From: Enoplolaimus lenunculus
Lineage: Eukaryota
Direction of reading: 5' to 3'
Assembly: GCA_030248215.1 (NCBI GenBank)
Contig: JASANG010000424.1
Coordinates: forward strand, 124,001-188,000
DNA length: 64,000 nucleotides
In this document: piece by piece, positions 40,101 to 50,100 of the stretch
Position numbering within the stretch: the first letter of the stretch is position 1
Layout of the letters: the number at the start of each line of letters is the position of its first letter
Made by a program: the position numbers and the translations under genes
The notes under the pieces: generated by a model
The model's input: the letters and a program-made list of their open reading frames with translations, nothing else
What the model was told of the DNA's origin: nothing
The model's database searches: none

Positions 40101-41780
40101 AGTTAATGTTTACTGATATCAATTCAGAAATAACCAAACTCGTTAGCTGAATTGATTAATCAACTCATTGGAATTTACTGTGTGTGGACAAAGGAAAGGT
40201 TCTGGACATATGTAAATGATATGCAAAACACTAGCAACAGAAAACGATTGTGTATTTGGAGGGATTGGGTCGTTTTGGAAGCGCTTTGATGTAGTTTGGT
40301 TATAATTTTGGTTTGGCTTCAGTAACGCCTTCTGATCAGAGTTAAGTTTTATATATTTTAAACGTCAAACAAAACATTGTTTTTCAACGATGGCGCTATA
40401 CTTTTTGGACGATAATAATCTGGTGCTGTCTGCTGTGGTCGGATGCCGTCTTCTGCCGTTTCGTACCATTTGGTATTATCCGGTGCCATCCGGTGCGCTC
40501 CGGTGCGGTACGGCATCGTATAAACACGAAATGCCGCACGTCTCAGAATGATAACTTCGCAGCAACTGCAACGTCACCCTGACCATTAAAAAATTGTGGA
40601 TATTTAAAATTTAGTGAAATGATAAATTGTCGAAATTTTGTTTTTTAATAATAAAAAATTTGGGTGAAATATTTTTCTTATTTTAAACGCGTTTCGCAAT
40701 TGCAAACGCGCCTATATTTCAACGTGAGTTTTCTGCAATTAGACAAAGTTTAAAATTTTAATCGCTAGTGTAAACAAAACACAATTTTTTTAGTGTCAAA
40801 AATGTGAATTATACCATATGTGGCGACGGTTTTGTAAAAATGTTAAAAGCGTTTGGTATTTTGACAAGATTTTTTAAAAAATTGGTGCCTATTTACACAG
40901 TAAATTTCAGTGAGTTGATTTTAACTGAGAATGAGTTGAATTACTCAGTCTGAGTTAGGACTATCAGAAATCACAATTTTGAGTTGATTCAAATCATTAT
41001 GAGTTAATTAATCAACTCAGCCAGAGTCAACACAACTCAGACTGAGAATCAACTCAACTCAGAGTGAGTTAACCCCTTCTCACACTGAGTTGCCTGTAGG
41101 CAACTCAGCGCAGTGTATATACGTTAAATAGTATATATCGCACCGTGTTTAACAATTGCAACCCGTATACATAGTACTAAATCACCACAAGACGTGAGAG
41201 CCCCCTCTGGCTCGAGCGTCAAGCTCCTATAGCTGAGTGGTGATGGTATTCGCCTCCCACTCCAGTCATTGGAGTTCGAATCCTAGGATAAAAGTAGGTC
41301 TCACGGAAAATAAAAAATATTCATGTGAGAATGGGTCAAAGTTTGCTGTTATTAACTCAGAAATAACCAACTAGCTTTTTGAATTGATTAAATCAACTCA
41401 TTGCAATTTACAGTGTAGGTATTTGAAAATAGGAACGTTGGCGAAACCATGATTTTGCAAAAAAGGTGATAATTTCAAAAAAGTTTCTTTTAATTCAAAC
41501 TTAAAAAGTATCTAAGAAATTATTTTTAAAAATCCCAAATCTTTGGCCGCTAGACTCGCTCTGGGTAGTGGGAAGGTGTACTTACTGTGGACAGGTACTC
41601 CATAATGGTATTTAATTATTTTTAGCAATTATCGGCGGAAGTTATTCCGCTCCACGAAGCTTTTTCGGTGCCAAACCGGCTATTGGATACATCCGGCGGC
41701 CTCAACAGCATTATTCAGGCTTGGAAGATCCAGAAGATACAAACTTTTTTCCATCACTTGAATCGAGTCGCTTCGGATGA
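37156..41780 (+). CDS. Putative neuropeptide precursor, 171 aa (signal peptide; three FL[L/I]PHR[I/M] peptides flanked by basic residues; C-terminal RFamide). Exons 37156-37231, 37796-37867, 38299-38376, 39570-39704, 41626-41780
   Basis: All donors are GTAAG and all four introns are phase 1; 516 nt total. Translation: MLRLVLGVPVAVTIMLLMLTEPASCAFRMKRFLLPHRIARTQRLGLPGSLPMHLYDKRFLLPHRIERKSTIAVFDDEPHLLDSGTPPRKRFLIPHRMEKKPMIVRIVRRATVPTEIWPEYSIIGGSYSAPRSFFGAKPAIGYIRRPQQHYSGLEDPEDTNFFPSLESSRFG*. Exon 4 could instead start at 39561 (same frame). Confidence 0.8.
37252..37481. mobile_element. MITE family A copy in intron 1 of the neuropeptide-like gene
   Basis: GACTGTAAATTTCAC...GAAATTTACAGTG with TA flanks. 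Confidence 0.85.
38480..38628. mobile_element. MITE family B in intron 3 of the neuropeptide-like gene
   Basis: TIR GGCCCATGTATAGAACAGGGCC on both ends; flanks ATCACGTA / ATCATATA. Confidence 0.82.
39929..40182. mobile_element. MITE family A copy in intron 4 of the neuropeptide-like gene
   Basis: CACTGCAAATGTCAGTGAGTTG...GGAATTTACTGTG. Confidence 0.85.
41073..41335. mobile_element. piggyBac-like non-autonomous element (TTAA target, CCC termini) carrying a tRNA-like segment
   Basis: TTAA|CCCCTTCTCACA...TGTGAGAATGGG|TCAA (11/12 TIR match) with a subterminal palindrome GAGTTGCCTGTAGGCAACTC. Related ends occur at about 26253 and 54384. Confidence 0.75.
41223..41290 (+). pseudogene. tRNA-derived sequence (Gly-CCC-like) with Pol III A and B boxes, probably not a functional tRNA
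   Basis: TAGCTGAGTGG (A box), TCGCCTCCCAC (tRNA-Gly-like anticodon arm) and GGAGTTCGAATCC (B box). The acceptor and anticodon stems do not pair properly. Confidence 0.55.
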
Positions 41781-41809
41781 AACACAAAAAAAATATTGAG
41801 ATATTTTGA

Positions 41810-42094
41810 AATTTACTTAAATTTACATTTTATAAAATATATGTAATTTTTGAAAAGTTTACCCGAAAATTACAGGTGTAAAAAAATATATTCCAAAAGT
41901 TTTGGTTTTTTATGTTAAAATTGGTAAAAAGTGTCAATCACAAAGATAAAAATTTACTTAAATTTACATTTAATAAAATTTAAGTAATTTTTCAAAAAAT
42001 TACCTGAAAATTCGGCTGTAAAAAATACATTTTGAAAGTTTTGGTTTTTTCATGATAAAATTGGGATTAAAACGTGTCAATCACAAAGGTAAAA
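41810..42094. repeat. Two diverged tandem copies of a ~140-bp AT-rich unit immediately 3' of the neuropeptide-like stop codon
   Basis: AAATTTACTTAAATTTACATTT...AAAGTTTTGGTTTTTT...GTGTCAATCACAAAG.TAAAA occurs twice. Confidence 0.8.
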
Positions 42095-42696
42095 CTGTTA
42101 ATTTATCTCTACTGGCAACTGTGTGGCTCCAAACTGCCATTTGCTGTTCAGTAAAAAGTTAGAACAGCAATTATTACATGGCAAACTTAATTTGATTGGA
42201 TCATATGAAAATAAAACAGGGTTTTATTGAATATTATTGGCTTAAGGTTTATTTCATTTCGGTACGTTTTTTAACCTTTCCTGATCAAAAATAGTGTTTG
42301 TGACGAACCAGTCATCAACAGCAGCAAATATATATGTATATGTATATGCAGGAATCGGAACAGGAACAGGAACCGAAATTTGAAATGATTTTCATCACCA
42401 AATTACTGTTGAACTTTTTGTAAAACTTGCCAAAAATTACTTAAGAGAATTTTAAGCTATTTCATCAGTAAGTTTTGCGGAAACACATCATGAACAATTT
42501 TAGTATCAAAATTGAAATAGGTAGAAAAACACTAATTTTGACATAAAAATTTTTCAAAGACAAAGTTTCCAGTATTTAAAATTTTTGCAGGAATTCCCGT
42601 TGAACCCTGATATATACGTATACATAAATTATATAACACTATATATTGATATATATATATATCAATATCACCATAAATCCATTTAAAGCGACCCCC

Positions 42697-42768
<72 letters not shown>
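42697..42768. repeat. (TA)n microsatellite
   Basis: Directly visible. Confidence 0.95.
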
Positions 42769-42772
<4 letters not shown>

Positions 42773-42935
42773 AGCTAAAATAAAACGGTTAATTTCACAT
42801 TGTCCGCTTTCCGTTTTGTATTTATTAATTCAAAAATTATCCGTACACTGTAAACTCCAATGAATTAATCAAGTCAGGAAGTGAATTAGTCATTTCTGGT
42901 TACTTCTGAGTTAACAACAGTAAAATCAAATATGC

Positions 42936-43222
42936 TCTCTAAACACTTAAACCAATTTGATTTCAGCTTATCAGCATTAAGCTAACTTTTTAATTTAATT
43001 AAATTACCAAATAGGTTCACGCCTTAAACGCATTTAATGTCTTACACATTTTTGGCTTTAACTAAACTTAATGAATTCTTAGATGCACGAAAATTTTTGG
43101 CTACACGTGTTAAACCAAAAATAAAGTTTAACTACAACTAGCGTTAAATCTAATAAATATGTTAGTCTAAGTTAAATTAAACGATTTAAGCTTAAATCAA
43201 ATTGGTTTAACCTTTTAGAGAG
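42936..43222. mobile_element. AT-rich palindromic MITE (family G); degenerate relative at about 48330-48640
   Basis: CTCTCTAAACACTTAAACCAATTTGATTTCAGCTTA...TAAGCTTAAATCAAATTGGTTTAACCTTTTAGAGAG. Confidence 0.65.
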
Positions 43223-43723
43223 AATATTTGCTTCAAAGTAGGAAAACGAAATTTTATAGAAGGGTCAACCACTTAGACTTCCTATTCGCGCTGTAGAATG
43301 TTGTCTAAAACCAGAGGTAGTGAATATTAAGTAGATTTATGTTTCAAGGAAAAGATTGCTTTTTTCGGCGAAGGGAAACTCCACTCGCAAGTTTGAAGCT
43401 TAACGAAGCGTTTTATGTTTAAAGTGGATGTCCGACCTTATATCCGTTCGTAAGGCTCTCAATTCGACGAGAATCTCAGGAACCAGTGCTCGGAGTTTGA
43501 TAAACTTTTTTGTTTGAATGCTTATTATTCTGGGATGTACAGCGCACATTAGAGTTTCCAAAATTTAAGCCGATTATTAGCTATAAGCTAATATAATTAA
43601 TTGATTAAACCTAATTTTTTACATATTCCACTTATTAGGTACTAATTAGTGTTACAACCTATTTGTCTCTAGGATCAAAGGGTTTTGGAGCCCCAGCAAT
43701 CTGAATAGATTGTTTCTAGCTAT

Positions 43724-43892
43724 AGCCCATGTAAAGATCAGGAGCGGAACATTTTTCTGTGGGATTGCAATAGCGTAAGCATACGCTTTTTAAACTATTG
43801 CTTTTGCTTGGCTTAGGTTTTAGGCTTTGGCTTAGGCTAGGGCTTAGGAATGTGCTTATAATACTGTTCCGCCTTTGTTCTATACATTGGCC
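43724..43892. mobile_element. MITE family B with perfect 8-bp TSD CTAGCTAT
   Basis: CTAGCTAT|AGCCCATGTAAAGATCAGG...CTATACATTGGCC|CTAGCTAT. Confidence 0.85.
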
Positions 43893-44163
43893 CTAGCTAT
43901 TAACTAATTTGCATTCAGCAATGCAAGCTATGACAGTTGAGCTGACGAATATATCATTTTAATAAGCGTTTATGGATGTGGACCATAAGGTATTTGAGCA
44001 TAGAGAATGTAAATATTGCTGTGATTAAAAATTTTCATTCTTGCAAATTACTGAGCTACTTCATAATAAGGATTTATAATTTGTAATATTCAACATACAG
44101 AAATCAATTTACTCGCCGATAATGGCGTATAGTCGTGGACAAATTGACAAACTGAAGCCTTCA

Positions 44164-47095
44164 CACTGTAAATTTCGATGAGTTGATTAATCAATTAAGA
44201 AAGCAAATTAGTTATTTCTGGTTATATCTGACTTAATAACAGTAAATGTTAACGCGCTCTGTGTTGATTTAATTGCGGGTGAGTTGTTTTAGCAGAATTC
44301 AGAATTATGAAAGACCAAATCCATAAGTTAGGTTTTTCAGAACTCTGAATTTTTAGTTAATCTATCACATTCGGAGTTAATTAAACAACTTATCAGGTAT
44401 TAAATTAACTCAGTGGGTTAATGGTTACTGTTATAAACTCAAAAATGACCAGAAATAAATAAATTTCTCTCTGAGTTGATTAATCAACTCATTGGACTTA
44501 ACAGTGACACATTTTGATACTTTCAAATTATATGCTTTATTTGGTAACGAATATATTTAAAAACCGTTTGGCAGTCGTCGAATATTTTTTTAATTTGTCC
44601 AAAATATCAGTGTTAACAACAAGTATCACTGTAAATTTCAGTGAATTGATTTTAATTCAGAATGAGTTGAATTACTATGTTTGAGGTAGGACTATCAGAA
44701 CTCAGAATTTTGAGTTGATTGACAATTCATTCAGAGTTAATTAATCGACTCACCCCGAGTCAACTCAACTCAGAGCGAAAATCAACTCAACTCAGAGTGA
44801 TCATCCACTCTTGCTGATATTAATTCAGAAATAACCAACTCGCTAGCTGAATTGATTAATCAACTCATTGCAATTTACAGTGATGGTGATGTTTTTAGTA
44901 TACTTTTTCAAAAATATTGAACCGACACCTATTATAATATATACTATATATCATTAAAAACAGAACTGTGAGTTCCAAATCGGTAAATTATTCAATTTTG
45001 CTTACAATCTGCGCTGTCAAAGAGTATACGAAACTGGCAAACTACCAATAATATTGCTTTGATATTAGAAACCAGACTGCAGAATTAAAGAAAAATATCA
45101 CAGACGAAACAGAGGCCACAAATAGTAATACAACACCTAGAAATAGGTTAGATGAAATAATTTACAAAGTTCAAATCTAAATTATAACCTAAGTTAGGTT
45201 TAAGCCTAAAATTAAAGCGCTGTGGTACACCCAGAACTTGATGGCTATCATGATAACGAATCTTTATAGGCTGTACGTTGTAAATTAGGCTAATGTTACT
45301 TTTAGGACCGTATTGGAAGATTAAGATCATTCCTACGCCGGCCAATGTAAAGAACAGGGGCGGAACAGCATTATGAGCATATATACTCCTAAGCTTAAGC
45401 CTAAACCCAAGCGCAAGAATGAGGATATTTCTAAGCCTAAAGCCTAAGCCTAAGCCTAAGCGTAAGAATGAGCATATTCCTACGCCTAAAGCCTAAGCCT
45501 AAGCCTAAGCGTAAGAATGAGCATATTCCTACGCCTAAAGCCTAAGCCTAAGCCTAAGCGTAAGAATGAGCATATTCCTAAGCCTAAGCCTACGTCTAAA
45601 CCAAGCAAAAAAATTGTCTAAAGCTTAGTCTTCGTCTATTCTAGTCCCGCAAAAAACTTTCCGCTCTGATCTTTACATGGGATCCTAACCCTAATAATCA
45701 TAAGCCTAAGCCTAAGCCAAGCAAAAAATTAGTCTAAAGCGCAAGCTTACTCTACTGCTGTCCCACACAAAAACTTTCCGCCCCTAATTTTTACATGGGC
45801 CCCTAAACATAAGCCTAAGTCTAGCCAAAAAAATATAGTCTAAAACGTCAGCGTAACTATTTTGGAATCACACCAGGAAACAGAACTGTCGTAAAATAGC
45901 ACAGGCCGTAAATTATATAGAACAGTACATCTGTCTTATCCTGTGAGAAGTTTGACCTTTATCTGTAGGTTATGCCGCAAATTCTTTCAGGTCTGTAGCC
46001 AGAGTACGCTCAGTTGCAAAAGGAAAAATCTTGGCCTAAACCCGGAAAAGTTTTAGTGTCGTTTCTAAGCTTGTATGTCAACCACATCCCCCTTGCACCT
46101 AACATTGTTTTGTTTCTCGAACAGGATGAGCAGGCTACACTGTAAATTCCAATGAGTTGATTAAAAAATTCAGCGAGCGAGTTGGTTATTTCTGAATTAA
46201 TATCAGTAGGCATTAACGCACCCTGAGTTGAGTTGTTACTTTGAGTTAAGTTGACTCTAGATAAGGTGATCAATTAACTCAGAGTGAATTGAATTAACTC
46301 AAAATTCTGAGTTCTGATAGTCCTAACTCAGACTGAGTGATTCAATTTATTATGAATTAAATCAACTCACTGAAATTTACAGTGTACAATCCTAAACTCC
46401 TTGCTGCCATTATAAAGGTCAGCTTAGAAAAACCCATATCCATCGTCGAAACTCACTGTTTGGCGACGCGGAGTTGGAATTTCAAAATTGAAAAAATGAA
46501 ACTGAAAATAGCTTGCAACATGTGGACAGGGCTTTTATACACAACTTTCATAAAATACAATTTTGAAAATGTACGCAGTAGGAGACGTGGCATACGTCAT
46601 TTCGAAATATTTATAACAGATATAAAATTTCTCAATTTGACTCTCCATTTTTTTGCAGTGTTCGTACGCCTTCACTGTAAATTCCAATGAGTTATAGTTA
46701 ATCAACTCAGACGGAAAGTTAGTTAATTCTGAGTTAATAACAGTAAACTTTAATTCATTCTGAGTTAACTTGATTCTCACTGTGAGTTGAGTTGACTCCG
46801 TGTGAATTGTTAAACTAAATCATAATGAGTTGAATCAACTCAGAATTGTGAGTTCTGATAGTCCTAACTCAGACTGAGTGATTCAACTCATTTTGAGTTA
46901 AAATCAACTCACTGGAATTTACAGTGTTTGCGCATCATTGGATTCTCACTGTGAGTTGAGTTGACTCCGTGTGAATTGTTAAACTAAATCATAATGAGTT
47001 GAATCAACTCAGAATTGTGAGTTCTGATAGTCCTAACTCAGACTGAGTGATTCAACTCATTTTGAGTTAAAATCAACTCACTGGAATTTACAGTG
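44164..47095. mobile_element. MITE family A copies at about 44164-44506, 44627-44882, 46138-46384 and 46673-46926, plus a duplicated half copy at 46941-47095
   Basis: Family A TIRs and internal repeats. Confidence 0.82.
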
Positions 47096-47127
47096 TTTGC
47101 GCATCATTCAATGCTGATTTCGGCAAG

Positions 47128-50100
47128 TTAGAAATCTTTGTATCCCAAATCTGCATCGGGACTCGATACTGCGATAACATTTGGCTCGTAATGTACCAAG
47201 TCACCTTTCTTGTACAACACATACGCGCCCCATAACGCAATTATCAACAACAGTACGACTGTAATAACAATATGTAATTAACATTTGATGTCGATTGGTT
47301 AAAGTTAAACTACACTCAAAATAATATTTCTGATATTTAAGAAAAAATTTCTTACATTTAAGAAATATAATTACCAAGGTGCACTTGAAAAATATTTGTG
47401 TTATAACAGGAAATTTTTCTAAAAAGTTTTGAAATAAAGTCTGAAAATAAACGGTTTCCAGTTATTTTCAAAAAAATTGTCTTAAATATCAGAAAAACGT
47501 TTCAGATTTGCCACAGAAAATACGTTTCTGAATAAATTCAGAAATACTTTTTTGTGTATAGGACAATGGCTGGGTTACTGAAATCTTGAACCACTATTAT
47601 AACAAGAAAACCATATGTTTTGCTGTATATTACCGACACATTACGAGTCTACAATTTCAATTAAACCAAAGTTAGTATGCGTTGACTGTTAATCAGTATT
47701 AAATTTCGTCAGTGATTTCAGTATTTACTTTAACGTAAACTATGCTTTTAAAAAAAGCAAAATGGTTAAGTAATTGCTTGATACATGCGTTAAGTACTAA
47801 GTCGTACATAAACAGGGTTCACAAACGCAGCCAATGTGTGTTTAGTTTAGCTTTTTTAGTGTTTGCAGACGTTATGCACAAAAGAAAGTTTGACGAGCGA
47901 ACGGGCAATGTTTTTAATTTGTGAGCTCTGAAAGGTTATTTCTAAAAGGTTATTTTGAAACCTATAACAGTGTTCTTTACTCGTTTCTTACAAATATCGG
48001 CCAATGTAAAGAACGGGGGCGGAACAGTATTATAAGCATATTTTCTAATCCTAAGCCTAAGCCAAAACCTTACCTAAGCGTAAGAATCAGCATATTCCTA
48101 AGCCTTAGCCAAAGCCTAAGCCTAGGCCAAACAAAAAATAGTCTAAAGCTTAGGCTTATGCTATTGCAGTCCCACAGAAAAACGTTCCGCCCCTGATCTT
48201 TACACGGGGCCAAATATCGAGAAGCATGTGGCTTCTACCCCGCCCGTTCAGAGAAATTAATTTATGTATGACAAATTTGATTGTTAGCCAAATGACATGT
48301 GGGTCGAGCGAGAGTACGCGTGAAATATTAAAAAAGCTTAAATTTAAACTATAGCTTAATTAAACTTTATAAATAAAACTTAAATAGCTGGACGCTTAAA
48401 CTAAACTAGAATTGTAACTTTAAATTAGACTAGCATGGTTTTAAAATTAAAACGAGTTAAAGTTTAACTTGTTTTTGGTTTGAGTAACGAGTGCAGCCTA
48501 GAATTTATGTGTATTTAAGAACTTATTAAGTTTAGCTTAAACTGAAAATGTGTATGTTTTAAATGAGTTTAAGCGTAACCTTTTGGTTATTCTAGAAAAT
48601 TAATTTATTCCTGCTGAATTAGCTTAAGCTTTAATTATGTTACTATAAGCTTTTAGAAAGTATACATTTTAGTATATCCAAAACTATGTTGCTCAAAAAC
48701 TGCAATTTAGCTAAACGCTTACTGCAAACCCATGCGATGTAAAACCCGTAGTCAAACTTATAACCATCATGCTCGCTCATTTCTGCAATCCAAATAATTG
48801 CAGCTATCAGTAGTAGCAAAGCTGCAATTAACGCGCATGCAACTAGAATCATAGCAGGCGTACGAGTTCTAAAAAATTGCAATAATTAAGTTACGTCTAA
48901 AATGTATATTAATATCGCACACTGTAAATTCCAGTGAGTTGATTTTAACTCAGAACGAGTTGCATCAGCTCAGAAGTCTGAGCTCTGAATTATGTCTTTC
49001 AGAATTCAGAATTCTGAATTGAATGAACTTATTCTGCGTTAAATAATTAACTCTCCCAGAATTAAATTAACTCAGAGCGAGGTAATACTCATCGGAATGT
49101 ACAGTGCAAATTTTTCTCGTTGAAATAATGTATCATTCGGGTTATATGCGCTCGCCAATGTCAAAAATGTCCCAACTTTTTAATACCTAGCTAATTTGCG
49201 AACACTCTCTAAAAATAATGTCCAAAGTTTTAGGTAGCTTTACAAATGTAAAAAACACCAATTTTTGAAATACAGTGTAAGGTTTAAATCTTTCATTTTT
49301 TCAAATTTTGGGGGGAAATTCTAATTTTGGCGGGGAAATTAAATTTTGGTGTCAAATACAAATTTTAGCGCGAAGTTCGATTTTGGCGGGAAATTCAACT
49401 TTTGGCGGGAAAATTCAAATGTTGGCGAGAAAATTCAAATTTTGGCGGGACAATTCCAATTTTGGCGAGAAAGTTTAAATTTTGTCGCAAAAATTAAAAT
49501 TTGGCCTGAAAATTCAATGTTAAGCGTTTAATCCAAATTTTTCCGTAAATTCTGTATTTGCCGCAAGAAAAAATACGTTGTCAAAATACCCTGCCATTTT
49601 TCGAACATGTACTAAGAATAGGCTGCAAAAACAACATACTAGCTAAATAGTTTGAAAATAATTACATGGTGCAAGAAATAGCTGTTATTTTATTGCTACT
49701 TTCCAATAATAACATGGACATTTCTTGACATTGGCGAGAGCAACCTGAATGTTGCATAACAACAAAATTAAAAATATGCGCAAAAATAACAAAAATACTG
49801 AATAAAATAAATACAGTATGTTACAATAGTCGCTGTAAAGAACAGTGGTGAATAATTTTGATGCAAAATTAGTTGAATTACTTAATCTGAATCAGGACCT
49901 TTAGAACTCAAAATACTAAGTTGGTTCAACTCATTCTGGGTTAATTATATAACTTACCCAGAAATAACTTAACTCAGCGTGAGTTAACGTTTATTGATAT
50001 TTTAACTCAGAAAGAACTAATTCGCTAGCTTAGTTGACTAATCGTTTCGTATTGAAATTCATAATGCAGTGAAAAATAGCAATGAATTATCCTTTTTATA

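Larger units (their letters stand above)
40896..41415. mobile_element. MITE family A copy interrupted by a piggyBac-like insertion
   Basis: The left part ends ...GAGTGAGTTAA at 41072; the family sequence resumes at about 41336 (AAAGTTTGCTGTTATTAACTCAG) and ends ATTTACAGTG|TA. Confidence 0.85.

Noticed and set aside
41626..41730. Alternative frame IPLHEAFSVPNRLLDTSGGLNSII resembling an animal haem peroxidase segment
   Set aside because: It is short, no other peroxidase exons lie nearby, and the other frame matches the upstream exon phase and ends in RFG-stop.
45340..45830. Long GCCTAA-rich tract as a true telomere or telomere-addition site
   Set aside because: The tract is degenerate, interrupted and bounded by MITE TIRs, with ordinary sequence on both sides.
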